Shown here one piece after another: positions 50,008-60,758 of a stretch of DNA of 64,000 nucleotides. The stretch comes from an uncultured Rikenellaceae bacterium (GTDB lineage Bacteria; Bacteroidota; Bacteroidia; Bacteroidales; VadinHA17), in NCBI GenBank assembly GCA_964640125.1, contig CAZXGG010000011.1, positions 347-64,346 on the forward strand, in the 5' to 3' direction. A model generated the notes under the pieces. That model was not told the DNA's origin. It did not search any database and saw only the letters and a program-made list of their open reading frames with translations. Positions within the stretch are counted from its first letter, which is position 1. Each line of letters starts with the position of its first letter. Made by a program: the position numbers and the translations under genes.

Positions 50008-50176
50008 GGTTTATTTAGTTTACAGTTTATAGTTTACAGTTTTCAGTAAAAAAAAATTGTTCTATTTGAAGTTTCACACATTCTGGTTCAGGAAGCAGTT
50101 TCCTTTTGAATAACAAAGCAGATGGACCCGGATTTTGAAATGCATAAAATCCCAGGCTTTTGAGGATATTTTCAAC

Positions 50177-50204
50177 GTAGAGATGTAAGATCTAACGTCT
50201 CTAC
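50177..50204. repeat. GTAGAGAC hairpin family, copy 4
   Basis: gtagagatgtaagatctaacgtctctac. Confidence 0.7.
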
Positions 50205-50314
50205 ATTGGTTTGAATCATTGAACTATGATCTGGTGCTATACTGGCAATTTCACTGGAGACTGCAGACTGCAGACTGCGTACTCATCCTCTCCCACCTTA
50301 GCCTTACTCGAAAA

Positions 50315-51541
50315 CTACATATTCTTAATAATCTCGTCTCCGAACTCGGAGCATTTCAGCTTCGTTGCACCCTGCATCAGCCGCTCGAAATCGTAGGTTA
50401 CGCGCCTGGCTTTAATGGCATCCTTTATTCCACTGACGATCAGTTCTCCGGCTTCCTGCCAGCCTAAATATTCAAACATCATTACACCCGAAAGGATCAG
50501 CGACCCGGGATTGACTTTATCCTGACCGGTATACTTGGGAGCTGTTCCGTGAGTTGCTTCAAAGATTGCATGCCCCGTTTCATAGTTGATGTTTGCACCC
50601 GGGGCAATTCCGATACCGCCCACGATGGCAGCCAGTGCATCGGAAATATAGTCGCCATTGAGGTTCAGTGTGGCAATCACCGAATACTCGGCAGGCCTGG
50701 TAAGGATCTGCTGCAGGAATGCATCGGCAATGAAATCCTTGATCAGCAGGTCTTCCCCCGTGTTTGGATTTTTCATCATGCACCATGGCCCGCCATCCAG
50801 CACTTTGGCTCCGAACTCCTCTTTTGCAACCTGGTATCCCCAGTCCCTGAAAGCACCTTCGGTAAACTTCATGATGTTTCCTTTATGGACCAGGCAGACC
50901 GATGGTCTGTTGTGTGCAATGGCATAGTTTATGGCTGCCCTGACCAGGCGATGTGTCCCTTCCTGGGATACCGGTTTTATTCCGATGGAGGTGGTTTCCG
51001 GAAAGCGTATTTTGGTGACCTTCATCTCCTTCAGCAGGAAATCCATGATTTTTTTCACTTCATCCGTTCCGGCATTCCATTCAATGCCTGCATAGATATC
51101 TTCTGAATTCTCCCTGAAAATTACCATATCAGTGGTTGTCGGATCTTTCACCGGGGAGGGTACACCTTCATAATATTTCACGGGTCGGAGGCAGACATAG
51201 AGATCGAGGATCTGCCGCAGGGCTACGTTCAGGGATCGGATGCCCCCACCCACCGGGGTTGTCAGAGGTCCCTTGATTGCCACCAGGTACTCCCGGATGG
51301 TATCCAGGGTTTCCTGTGGCAGCCAGTCACCGCTTTTATTGTAGGATTTTTCTCCAGCCAAGGTCTCTTTCCACATGATCTTACGTTTACCCCCGTAAGC
51401 TTTTTCAACAGCTGCATCGAAAACCCGAACCGATGCGGCCCAAATATCCGGGCCTGTCCCATCTCCCTCAATAAAAGGAATGACTGGATGATCGGGTACC
51501 TGTAACTGCCCATTCTGAATGGTAATTTTTTTTCCGTCCAT
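50315..51541 (-). CDS. icd: NADP-dependent isocitrate dehydrogenase
   Basis: 408 aa with a typical prokaryotic homodimeric IDH sequence ([24 protein letters not shown]). Confidence 0.93.
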   Translation of the reverse strand: MDGKKITIQNGQLQVPDHPVIPFIEGDGTGPDIWAASVRVFDAAVEKAYGGKRKIMWKETLAGEKSYNKSGDWLPQETLDTIREYLVAIKGPLTTPVGGGIRSLNVALRQILDLYVCLRPVKYYEGVPSPVKDPTTTDMVIFRENSEDIYAGIEWNAGTDEVKKIMDFLLKEMKVTKIRFPETTSIGIKPVSQEGTHRLVRAAINYAIAHNRPSVCLVHKGNIMKFTEGAFRDWGYQVAKEEFGAKVLDGGPWCMMKNPNTGEDLLIKDFIADAFLQQILTRPAEYSVIATLNLNGDYISDALAAIVGGIGIAPGANINYETGHAIFEATHGTAPKYTGQDKVNPGSLILSGVMMFEYLGWQEAGELIVSGIKDAIKARRVTYDFERLMQGATKLKCSEFGDEIIKNM

Positions 51542-51645
51542 AATATTTTTTTTGTTAGTTGATAGCTGGAAGCAAAAATAGGAAAATTCATATCCCGGAC
51601 AAATATATCATTACCGGAAATTTCCTATTTCACAGCATAAAAAAG

Positions 51646-53571
51646 TTAATCGAAATCGAGGTTGAATTGTTGTTTTAGTTTTCCGAGGTTTGGATTGATC
51701 TGATTCAGGTGGTTGAACTTTTCTTCATCGGTATAGAGGGAGTTCTTGCTGTTCTCTTCTTCCACAACATAGGCATTGATCTGGATGGTGTCGTTCTGCA
51801 GCTCTTTTCTCAGAAAACCAAGAAGGTCTGCCTTGATTGCCCGGTCAAAATCTTCCTTCTGTGCCTGGTTGTCCATCTCCACCTCAATCTGAAAATTATC
51901 TCCCAACACCGGGAGTTGTGTTTTAAGTGTTGAGGAAAGTCGTGGTTTTTCCGATTTTATAGAATCGGCAAAAGTTTGCCATTTACCGATCAATGTGTCG
52001 CTGTCAAATGGTTTTTTAGTGATCCCTTCCGCGGGTTGGTCAGGGGTTGCATACTCGCCTTCTCCCCCACCATTGTCCACGTTATGCAAACCGCTCAGTG
52101 CATTTTTGATGGATGTTGTCGCCGGTTTGTATGGCTCGGGTTCCTCCTCTTCACTGATCACATCATCCTTTGTCCGCTTTATCCGCCCATCTGGCGGAGA
52201 AGGCGGATCCTGGATTTCATCCGGCTCATTTTCATCAACCGTTTCCTCTCCAACCCGGTCATCTTCTTCCCCGGTTATTGTCTCCTCTTCTTCTGCTTCA
52301 TTATCCGATTCCGCCTCTTCGATCGCATCCTTCTTCGGCTCTATCTGCTCATCTTTTGGCGAAGGCAGATCTTCCTTCGTCCCCTGAAGCTTTGGCGAAG
52401 GCGGATCATCCTGTTCCGGTTCGATTTTCTCCTCCGGTTTGGTTGTTTTTTGAACTGATTTATCGGGTATCTCTATTTTGCCGGTGATCTGGCACATTTT
52501 AAACAAGGCAAGCTCAACATGCAGTCGCTGGTTATTGCTGTTCTTATAGGATATATCGGTTGCAGTGCAGATGTCCAGCGCGCGATATAAGAAATCGACC
52601 GGACAGTGCTTTGACTGCTTCAGGTAGTTTTCAGCAATGGTTGCGCCTACTTCCAGCAGCTGAACGGTCACCGGGTCCTTGCACACCAGCAGATCCCGGA
52701 AATGGGAACTCAAGCCGGTGATGAAATGGTGTCCATCAAAACCATTTTCCAGGATCTCATTAAAGATCATCAGGCTTTCGATGAGGTTATTTTGAAGGAA
52801 GGATTCAGTGATCCGGAAATAGTAGTCGTAATCCAGAACATTCAGGTTCTCGATCACCTCTTTGTAGCCGAACGAGGTGCCTGCAAAGTTAACCATCTGG
52901 TCGAAGATGGAGAGTGCATCGCGCATAGCGCCATCGGCTTTGTTGGCAATGACTGTCAGCGCATCGGGATCGGCTTTGATCTTCTCCTCCTTCGCCACGT
53001 ACTGCATGTACTCAACCATATCGTTCACCTTGATCCGGTTAAAATCAAAGATCTGGCAGCGCGAGAGGATGGTGGGAATGATCTTCTGCTTTTCGGTGGT
53101 TGCCAGGATAAAGATGGCATGTGCCGGGGGTTCTTCGAGTGTCTTAAGAAATGCATTGAAAGCAGAAGCGGAAAGCATGTGGACCTCATCGATGATGTAA
53201 ACACTGTACCTGCCAATCTGCGGAGGGATCCTGATCTGGTCGGTGAGGTTCCTGATATCGTCCACCGAGTTGTTTGATGCAGCATCCAGTTCGTGAATGT
53301 TGTAGGAGCGGGATTCACTGAATGCCTTGCACGATTCACATTCATTGCACGGTTCGACCCGGTCAGTAACCTGCTGGCAATTGATTGTTTTTGCAAAGAT
53401 CCGGGCAACGGAGGTTTTTCCCACTCCACGAGGACCACAGAAAAGATACGCATGGGCAAGGTGATCGTTCTTTATGGCATTTTTCAACGTGCTGGTTATG
53501 GCTTCCTGCCCCACAACGGCATCAAATGTTAAGGGCCGGTATTTTCTTGCCGATACAATGTAATTTTCCAT
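51646..53571 (-). CDS. dnaX: DNA polymerase III subunit gamma/tau
   Basis: 641 aa with Walker A GPRGVGKTS, DEVHML, zinc module CNECESC, and a long acidic low-complexity linker. Confidence 0.93.
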   Translation of the reverse strand: MENYIVSARKYRPLTFDAVVGQEAITSTLKNAIKNDHLAHAYLFCGPRGVGKTSVARIFAKTINCQQVTDRVEPCNECESCKAFSESRSYNIHELDAASNNSVDDIRNLTDQIRIPPQIGRYSVYIIDEVHMLSASAFNAFLKTLEEPPAHAIFILATTEKQKIIPTILSRCQIFDFNRIKVNDMVEYMQYVAKEEKIKADPDALTVIANKADGAMRDALSIFDQMVNFAGTSFGYKEVIENLNVLDYDYYFRITESFLQNNLIESLMIFNEILENGFDGHHFITGLSSHFRDLLVCKDPVTVQLLEVGATIAENYLKQSKHCPVDFLYRALDICTATDISYKNSNNQRLHVELALFKMCQITGKIEIPDKSVQKTTKPEEKIEPEQDDPPSPKLQGTKEDLPSPKDEQIEPKKDAIEEAESDNEAEEEETITGEEDDRVGEETVDENEPDEIQDPPSPPDGRIKRTKDDVISEEEEPEPYKPATTSIKNALSGLHNVDNGGGEGEYATPDQPAEGITKKPFDSDTLIGKWQTFADSIKSEKPRLSSTLKTQLPVLGDNFQIEVEMDNQAQKEDFDRAIKADLLGFLRKELQNDTIQINAYVVEEENSKNSLYTDEEKFNHLNQINPNLGKLKQQFNLDFD

Positions 53572-53896
53572 AAGATCCTCTCCGGTTGTTATTTAAGATA
53601 CGTGCGATACCTGATTTTCCTGAGAAAGCAGAATATCAACGGACACAAACTACAAATATACTGAAAGAGATCCAATTTCATGATCCATTTTATGAACAGG
53701 CAGAAGGGTTAACCCGGATTATTCATAAATAATGCGTGTAAATCACCGCTTTGGTTTTCAGTGTATTGAAAATTCCGAATATATTTTGCTTTGCAGGAAA
53801 AAAATTCTATTTTTGCGCTCCGAAAGTAAAAGAGAAGCGACTCGGAGTGTACCACTCAGGTAGTCGTTCTCCAGAAAAAATTCAAACCATAACATT

Positions 53897-54250
53897 ATGT
53901 TGAACCAGTACGAAACCGTTTTCATTGCAACTCCCGTTTTATCTGAGGCCCAGATAAAGGAAGCGGTAAAAAAGTTCAAGAAGATCATTACCGATAACAA
54001 AGGGAAGATCGTTCATGAAGAAAATTGGGGACTTAGAAAACTGGCCTACCCCATTCAGAAAAAATCAACAGGATTTTATTATTTAATTGAATTTCAAGCA
54101 GAAGGTGCCTTGATTGAGAAGCTGGAGATTGAATACCGGCGCGATGAGAGGATCATCCGTTTTCTGACGTTCAAGATGGATAAATATGCCGTTGAGTACA
54201 GTGAGAAAAAAAGGAAACAGTCGGAAAGTGAAAAAAAATTGGAGGACTAA
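53897..54250 (+). CDS. rpsF: 30S ribosomal protein S6
   Basis: 117 aa starting [17 protein letters not shown]..., with an acidic/basic tail. Confidence 0.93.
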   Translation: MLNQYETVFIATPVLSEAQIKEAVKKFKKIITDNKGKIVHEENWGLRKLAYPIQKKSTGFYYLIEFQAEGALIEKLEIEYRRDERIIRFLTFKMDKYAVEYSEKKRKQSESEKKLED

Positions 54251-54253
54251 GCC

Positions 54254-54523
54254 ATGGCACAAAACGAATCAGAAATCAGATACCTTACACCGCCAACTGT
54301 TGAAATAAAAAAGAAAAAATACTGCCGGTTCAAGAAGAACAGGATAAAATACGTGGATTACAAAGATCCTGAATTCCTGAAGAAGTTTCTGAACGAGCAG
54401 GGGAAAATACTGCCGCGACGACTGACCGGGACATCACTGAAATACCAGCGGAAAGTAGCTCAGTCAATTAAAAGGGCACGGCATCTGGCATTGCTGCCCT
54501 ACGTTACCGATATGTTAAAATAA
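54254..54523 (+). CDS. rpsR: 30S ribosomal protein S18
   Basis: 89 aa with YCRFKK...YVDYKD...[15 protein letters not shown]...QR. Confidence 0.93.
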   Translation: MAQNESEIRYLTPPTVEIKKKKYCRFKKNRIKYVDYKDPEFLKKFLNEQGKILPRRLTGTSLKYQRKVAQSIKRARHLALLPYVTDMLK

Positions 54524-54539
54524 TGCAGGAGGCAGGAAT

Positions 54540-54986
54540 ATGGAAATCATTCTGACACAGGATATGCCGGGTTTGGGGCATAAAGACGATATCATCACCG
54601 TAAAGACAGGATACGCGAGGAATTACCTCATTCCAAAAGGATATGCACTGCTTGCCACAAAGAGGACAAAAAAGATTCATTCCGAGAACCTGAGGCAGCG
54701 GGCACACAAAGAGGAAAAAATTAAAAATGAAGCCCTTGAGCTGGCAAGCAAGCTGGAAGGAACGGCATTAACCATCGGTGCGAAAACAAGTTCTACAGGA
54801 AAGATCTTCGGATCGGTCAATACCATTCAGATAGCCGAAGCACTGCAGAAGGAGGGATTTGAAATCGACCGGAAAAACATTACCCTTTCGGAAGATAGCA
54901 TAAAGAATGTCGGGAAACACAAAGCTGGGATAAAACTGCATAAGGAAGTCACGGTAGAGATCGATTTTGAAATTGTAGCTGAATAG
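54540..54986 (+). CDS. rplI: 50S ribosomal protein L9
   Basis: 148 aa starting MEIILTQDMPGLGHKDDIITVKTGYARNYLIPKG. Confidence 0.93.
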   Translation: MEIILTQDMPGLGHKDDIITVKTGYARNYLIPKGYALLATKRTKKIHSENLRQRAHKEEKIKNEALELASKLEGTALTIGAKTSSTGKIFGSVNTIQIAEALQKEGFEIDRKNITLSEDSIKNVGKHKAGIKLHKEVTVEIDFEIVAE

Positions 54987-55003
54987 ACCAGCAGGACCGG
55001 AGT

Positions 55004-55140
55004 GCAAATAACAAATCATAACCCACAAATTACAAACAAATATAAAATCACAATATTCAAATAAATTTGATCCATATTGTAATTTAGGATTTTGGGATTG
55101 GAATTTATTTGTAGATTGTTATTTGTACTTTGTGATTTGG
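55004..55140. repeat. long imperfect hairpin of ACAAAT/ATTTGT words between convergent rplI and ridA
   Basis: The left arm caaataacaaatcataacccacaaattacaaacaaat... pairs in shifted registers with the right arm ...atttatttgtagattgttatttgtactttgtgatttgg. Confidence 0.55.
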
Positions 55141-55220
55141 AGCCATATTCAGTTCATGATGGGATATAATAAATACAATGATCCCACCAACAAACCCTCA
55201 CGGTCCAAAACCATCAGGAT

Positions 55221-55598
55221 CTATTTCACTGCAATCGTTTCTATTTCAATCATCACTCCCAGCGGAAGTTTCACCACCTGGTAGGCAGCGCGGGCAGGTG
55301 GATCCTCGGGGTAAAATCCGGCATACACCTCATTCATGGCTGCAAAATTATTCATGTCATCCAGCAGACAGGTTGATTTTACCACATCCTTTGGGGTATA
55401 CCCTGCTTCCTCCAGGATAGCATGAATGTTTTTCAGTACCCGTCCGGTCTGTTCCCTGATCCCCCCTTCAACAACCTTTCCCGTCTCCGGATTGATCGCT
55501 ATCTGGCCTGAGATGAACAGCATCCCATTTGTTTCGATTGCCTGACTGTACGGACCAACCGCTTCAGGCGCCCTGGAAGTATAAATGACCTTTTTCAT
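55221..55598 (-). CDS. ridA: RidA family reactive-intermediate deaminase
   Basis: 125 aa with APEAVGPYSQAI...GMLFISGQI. Confidence 0.9.
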   Translation of the reverse strand: MKKVIYTSRAPEAVGPYSQAIETNGMLFISGQIAINPETGKVVEGGIREQTGRVLKNIHAILEEAGYTPKDVVKSTCLLDDMNNFAAMNEVYAGFYPEDPPARAAYQVVKLPLGVMIEIETIAVK

Positions 55599-55754
55599 GG
55601 GTTCACGCTTTTTATTAGAGAATCAATAAAGATACGGAAAGAATGTTAAAGGTTAAATGTTAACAGCTATTAGTTGATAAGAAGTGAGTAGTTCCGAAAA
55701 TCACGAATTTTCTTTAAAAACTCGTAATCATTATATATCAGAAATTCACGTAAT

Positions 55755-55783
55755 GTAGAGACGACCAACCTGGGTGTCTTTAT
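55755..55783. repeat. GTAGAGAC hairpin family, copy 5 (degenerate right arm)
   Basis: gtagagacgaccaacctgggtgtctttat. Confidence 0.6.
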
Positions 55784-55895
55784 AAATTTCGAAAAACAAA
55801 ATTTGAGTCTCAGTAGTTTTTTCCGAAGGCAGGCCCATGGCAAAACTTATTCCGAAGGAATGCCTATGGCATAACATTAAACCATTAACATTTCA

Positions 55896-58625
55896 TCACT
55901 GATCATACCAGCTCTTCCGTTTCTCGTATTTCAAATCTTTCAGGATAGCCGATCTGACGTTGATCTGGAAGGAGTAACTTTGATGATACCCGATGGGGAT
56001 CCAGGATAAACTCATCTCCCAGCAGTGCAGGTCCCGGTAGATATTCACCGATGTATAGGTGAGTTTGTTTGATTTGAAATCATACCCGGAGCTGAATCCG
56101 ATCTTCCATTTTGCTGTCAGGCTCACATTGCCTGAGAAGTTGAATGTCTGGGTTACCTTCTTGCTCATTCCGGTATTGGTATAATTGTAATTATACCGCA
56201 GGGAGAGGTTCCAGGGAATACTAAAATCAACGTATTCCCCTGTGTAGAATTCCTGGGGTACTCCCCCCTCTTCATCATTCTCCATGGGAATGCCCTGCTT
56301 ACTCCCCGGCATGCCTTCAGGCGTTGATTGTCTTGTGCCGGGCTCTTCCGCGGGACTTTCCTGAGCCCGCGAGTTCAGTGAAGCGTTTATGGAGAAGTTA
56401 AAGCGGGTTAGCCGCGCCAGTTTACCAGTCTCTGTAATTTCAGCCTTATTGATCTTTCTTCCATCTTCTGACAGGGCATAGGGATCAAATGTACCGCCAA
56501 AAGCCAGGTCCACTTTATTGGCTAGCCGGGTGCGGCCGGACATGGTGATGGGTGACCATTTCAACGAATCAGCAAACAGGTTGTAATTGGTATTGAAGGA
56601 GAGGTTTTCAAGGATCTTCACCTTTTTGGAAGTTTGAACCGTATCGCTGGTAGAACGCACCTTCATTTCAATGTTATTGCTCAGGCGTATGTTTACCGAT
56701 CCGCTCCTGCCCGGCAAAGTTGGTGTGCGGTAGATCTCTTGCTCAAACAATGAATACTCCCGCATATTCCCCAGGGTATCCACCTGCACTGTGCGGTAAT
56801 AGTCTGGTGAAACACCGGTCATATCGGGTGTGTAGGAGAAGGATACTGAAGGGGTCATAACATGCCGGACTGCTTCAATGCGGCTGTTGGGATTTTTGAA
56901 GACATACATTCCATAAATTTTGGGATTCAACCCCAGGGATATGGTGGGCAAGTAGGAATGTGCATAACTCAGGCCCCTGATCGTATCGGTGATCAGTGTG
57001 GCATAGGTGGAATCGAGTTCGGCATCATAGTAGTTCTCTTCCCACCTTTTTTCTATGTGTTTTGAATAGAGAACCCCGGAATATTGAAGGGAAGGAGAGA
57101 TATAAAAACTGTTAAAGGGCCTGATCTGGGTTGACAGCGGGATATCGTGTTTAAATGCATTGTTCATATCATCCCATACAGCAGAGGTAAACAATAGTGA
57201 GTCGGTTGTCTTAATCTGGTTATCCAGCATTGCTTTGTAGCTCAGTTCAATGTTTTCATACCACTTTGCTTTTCCTGTCCTGTTTTTTCTTTTCATCGGA
57301 TAGATCCGGTTCATGTTAAAATTCATCTTTGGCAGGTTCAGATCGACCGAATTTGTCTGGCTGTTCTGCCGGTGGTTCATGCTGGCAGACAGGTTGAACG
57401 GGCTTCCTGCCCACCGTTTTGAATAGGATATGCTGGATTGTTTCGTGTTCGTCAGGTAATCGTTTGCATTGAAGCTGTGGTTGCGGTCAAAGGAGCTTGA
57501 GCTCATGTTTACATTGGCATTGAAGGTCCGGCTCGGGTTCGATTTCGGATCCTGCGAATGGGACCAGGTGATGGAATAATCTTTTTTTCTTGTGTAATCG
57601 GGCAGTTCTTTTTCACCACTCACGTTTATGTAGTACCTTGCTCTCAGGTTGCCGTTGAACCGGTAACGAACGCGGTAATTGGATCCCAGGGAAACGCCCC
57701 AGGTGCCATTGGTGTAGATATCTCCGGTAATCCGTGCATCGAAATAATCACTCAATGCAAGGTAATAACCGCCATTGCGGAAGAAGAAACCCCGGTTCCG
57801 CTCTTCTCCATATTCGGGAATAAGGATCCCGGAAGAGCGGGATTTCTGATTTGGGAAGAAACCGAATGGAAGGGCAATGGGCAGGGGAATGTCTGCCATG
57901 ACAAGATACGCCGGGCCCGAAACGATCTTATCATCAGGGATGACTTTTGCCTTGGTGAGGGCAACGTAGAAGTGGGGGTCTTCCAAATCACACGTGGTGT
58001 ATTTTCCGTTCTTGACATGAATCTCACCATTTTCGTGTTTTTTTGTTATCCCACTGTGCAGGTACCCTCCCTCCTGCTCGGTGATAACACCCTGGATGAT
58101 CCCTTTTTTCGTTTTGAAATTATAGGTCAGCGTTTTTGATTCGAAACTTTCGGAACCGTCTTTAAATACCGGTTTTCCAATTTCCCTTCCCAGGCTGTCC
58201 AGGGTTCCCCTGGCAAAAACAACATCCCTGGCTCTGTCAAGCTCAATGTATGCAGCCCTCAGCTCGATATCCTGGTAGGTGACAAATCCATTCCCGTACA
58301 GGTACACTTTATCGTTCTCCAGATCAAAGATCAGGGAGTCATCCGCCTCATAATCAATGGGAGCATCAATTTCCGTGGTGGTTGGCTTTTCTGCCTCTGC
58401 CTGCACGGTATCTATTACCGCTGTATCCTGCCTGACCAGAACCGTATCGGGAATAGCAATCCGTTCCTGCCCATTGGAAACTGAAACAGACAAAACAGGA
58501 AAAGATAAAATGAAAAGGATTTTTGGAAATTTTAAATACAACGTTTTATATACTATTTTTGTGAGATCATGGTTTACACAGAAACAGGTCAGCGTCATTT
58601 CCTGATCACGAAAGGTATCAGACAA
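55896..58625 (-). CDS. lptD: LPS-assembly protein LptD (Bacteroidota long form)
   Basis: 909 aa with an N-terminal OstA-like segment (KVYLYGNGFVTYQDIELRAAYIELD) and a large beta-barrel pattern. The exact start is uncertain. Confidence 0.75.
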   Translation of the reverse strand: MSDTFRDQEMTLTCFCVNHDLTKIVYKTLYLKFPKILFILSFPVLSVSVSNGQERIAIPDTVLVRQDTAVIDTVQAEAEKPTTTEIDAPIDYEADDSLIFDLENDKVYLYGNGFVTYQDIELRAAYIELDRARDVVFARGTLDSLGREIGKPVFKDGSESFESKTLTYNFKTKKGIIQGVITEQEGGYLHSGITKKHENGEIHVKNGKYTTCDLEDPHFYVALTKAKVIPDDKIVSGPAYLVMADIPLPIALPFGFFPNQKSRSSGILIPEYGEERNRGFFFRNGGYYLALSDYFDARITGDIYTNGTWGVSLGSNYRVRYRFNGNLRARYYINVSGEKELPDYTRKKDYSITWSHSQDPKSNPSRTFNANVNMSSSSFDRNHSFNANDYLTNTKQSSISYSKRWAGSPFNLSASMNHRQNSQTNSVDLNLPKMNFNMNRIYPMKRKNRTGKAKWYENIELSYKAMLDNQIKTTDSLLFTSAVWDDMNNAFKHDIPLSTQIRPFNSFYISPSLQYSGVLYSKHIEKRWEENYYDAELDSTYATLITDTIRGLSYAHSYLPTISLGLNPKIYGMYVFKNPNSRIEAVRHVMTPSVSFSYTPDMTGVSPDYYRTVQVDTLGNMREYSLFEQEIYRTPTLPGRSGSVNIRLSNNIEMKVRSTSDTVQTSKKVKILENLSFNTNYNLFADSLKWSPITMSGRTRLANKVDLAFGGTFDPYALSEDGRKINKAEITETGKLARLTRFNFSINASLNSRAQESPAEEPGTRQSTPEGMPGSKQGIPMENDEEGGVPQEFYTGEYVDFSIPWNLSLRYNYNYTNTGMSKKVTQTFNFSGNVSLTAKWKIGFSSGYDFKSNKLTYTSVNIYRDLHCWEMSLSWIPIGYHQSYSFQINVRSAILKDLKYEKRKSWYDQ

Positions 58626-58651
58626 AACTAATTAAAAATAGACATCAAAGA

Positions 58652-59764
58652 ATGACCTTTTCCAATATATCTCCCATTTTTCTTCAAAAACGGTTAATAA
58701 CCGTATTTCTTGTACTTTGCGGGGTTTATTTATCGGTTACTGGCACAGCAGGGATGCAATCGGAAGGCACGAAAAGGGTATGGAAAGTAGTGATTGATCC
58801 CGGGCATGGAGGGAAAGATCCGGGTGCGCTGGGAAAAATAAGCAGGGAAAAGGACATTGTGCTCGGAGTTGGATTGAAACTGGGGAATTATATCTCTGAA
58901 AACTTTGATGATGTTGAAGTAATCTACACCCGGACGACCGATCTGTTCGTTGAATTGGATCGCCGGGCTGAGATTGCGAACAAAGCCAAAGCCGACCTGT
59001 TTATTTCGCTGCATGCTAATTCCTGGAAAAACAGAAATATCCTCGGATCGGAAACCTATGTGATGGGACTTCATACGGATGAGAAGAACCTGGAAGTAGC
59101 CATGAAGGAAAATGCCGTGATCACATTTGAGGAAGATTATACCACGAAATACGAAGGATACGATCCCAATTCCCCCGAATCGTTTATCGTATTCTCACTG
59201 GTTCAGAATACTTACCTGGAACAAAGCCTGAACTTCGCATCGTTTGTGCAGAACCAGTTTCGCGAACGAGCCAAACGCATCGACCGCGGAGTAAAGCAGG
59301 CAGGTTTCCTGGTTTTGTGGAACACGACCATGCCGAGTGTACTCGTTGAAATCGGGTTCATCTCAAATGCCGCGGAAGAAACATACCTCCTCTCCGAAGC
59401 CGGTCAGGATTATATTGCATCCGCAATATTCAGGGCATTCCGTGACTATAAAATTGCGGTGGAAAACAGAAGCGATTTCAGCAAAATTCCAGCAGAAACC
59501 AGTTCCGTACGCTTCATGGTCCAGGTCATGGCTTCCAAAAAACCCATACCCCTCGATTCGGAATATTTCAAGGGGTTTGCGCAGGTGAAAGAGTTTAAAA
59601 CAGAGGATATGTATAAATACGCCGTGGGTAACGAATCCAGCTACGATGAAATCATGCAGTACATCCAAAAAGTAAAAATTCGCTATAGCGATTCATTCAT
59701 CATCGCTGTAGAAAATGATAAAATAATCCCGCTAAATGAAGCATTGAAGAAAATTAATGAGTAA
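58652..59764 (+). CDS. N-acetylmuramoyl-L-alanine amidase (Amidase_3) with C-terminal SPOR-like domain
   Basis: VVIDPGHGGKDPGA, ISLHANS and a C-terminal VRFMVQV...KYAVG SPOR-like fold. Confidence 0.85.
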   Translation: MTFSNISPIFLQKRLITVFLVLCGVYLSVTGTAGMQSEGTKRVWKVVIDPGHGGKDPGALGKISREKDIVLGVGLKLGNYISENFDDVEVIYTRTTDLFVELDRRAEIANKAKADLFISLHANSWKNRNILGSETYVMGLHTDEKNLEVAMKENAVITFEEDYTTKYEGYDPNSPESFIVFSLVQNTYLEQSLNFASFVQNQFRERAKRIDRGVKQAGFLVLWNTTMPSVLVEIGFISNAAEETYLLSEAGQDYIASAIFRAFRDYKIAVENRSDFSKIPAETSSVRFMVQVMASKKPIPLDSEYFKGFAQVKEFKTEDMYKYAVGNESSYDEIMQYIQKVKIRYSDSFIIAVENDKIIPLNEALKKINE

Positions 59765-59789
59765 ATTTATTCAGTAAATCCCAGTTATC

Positions 59790-60758
59790 ATGCCGAAAAT
59801 CAGACACGAAATAAAAATAGGAGTGATAGCAATAATCACCATCGCTCTGTTTATATGGATTTACAATTTCATGAAGGGGAAAAATATTCTCCATGCTGCC
59901 AAAACCTACACGGTGGTTTACGACAAAGTCAATGGATTGGAAGAATCAAACGCCGTGCTGATCAATGGTTATCGAGTGGGTTTGGTGGACAATATCCAGT
60001 TTGCTACCGATCAATCCGGAAATCTTATCGTGACACTTCTGATCGAGGAGGACTTTGACATCCCCAAAAATTCCATTGCACGGATCTACAGTTCGGACCT
60101 GATGGGAACGCGATCCGTGGCCCTGATCCTGGGAAATTCGAAAGAGATCTGTGAGAGCGGCGATACACTGATCCCGGAAGTGGAAGGGACCCTGCAGGAG
60201 CAGGTAAGCGTTGAGATGCTGCCGCTGAAAAATAAAGCGGAAAACCTCATGCTCTCGATTGATTCGGTGCTGGCTGTGATCCAGGTGACCTTCAACCAAA
60301 GTTTCAGGGATAATTTTTCCGCAAGCTTTGGACACATCCGCGAGACCATTATGCACCTGAACCGCTCTACCTATACGCTCGATACCTTATTGACCAATGA
60401 AGATGGCCGGTTTGCAAATTTTCTGAGCAATTTAGAATCCATTTCTGGAAACCTGAAAAACAACAATGAAGAGCTGACACAACTGTTTCAGAATATGGCA
60501 AGCCTGTCCGACTCACTGGCTAAATCCCAGATTCGCAGTACGATAGATAACCTGGATCGAACCCTGGCTAACATGGATACAGCCCTTACACGAATTAACC
60601 GTGGAGAAGGAACACTGGGAATGCTGATCACTGATGATTCACTCTATATCAATCTTGAAAATGCAACAAACAGCCTGGATGCCCTGCTGAAGGATGTGAA
60701 AGAAAATCCAAAACGGTATGTCCAGGTTTCTGTTTTTGGAGGAAAATCTTCGAAATGA
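59790..60758 (+). CDS. MlaD/MCE family protein
   Basis: 322 aa with an N-terminal TM helix, an MCE domain (VNGLEESNAVLINGYRVGLV) and a helical C-terminus. Confidence 0.8.
   Translation: MPKIRHEIKIGVIAIITIALFIWIYNFMKGKNILHAAKTYTVVYDKVNGLEESNAVLINGYRVGLVDNIQFATDQSGNLIVTLLIEEDFDIPKNSIARIYSSDLMGTRSVALILGNSKEICESGDTLIPEVEGTLQEQVSVEMLPLKNKAENLMLSIDSVLAVIQVTFNQSFRDNFSASFGHIRETIMHLNRSTYTLDTLLTNEDGRFANFLSNLESISGNLKNNNEELTQLFQNMASLSDSLAKSQIRSTIDNLDRTLANMDTALTRINRGEGTLGMLITDDSLYINLENATNSLDALLKDVKENPKRYVQVSVFGGKSSK

Noticed and set aside
52446-52451. A6 run (caaaaaac on the coding strand) in dnaX at the domain III/linker boundary, considered as a gamma/tau frameshift site. The -1 frame would stop about 14 codons later.
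   Set aside because: It is not a canonical X-XXY-YYZ heptamer in the zero frame (caA AAA ACA). I saw no downstream stimulatory hairpin, and A6 runs are common in this AT-leaning genome. It is worth a look only if proteomics shows a short DnaX form.
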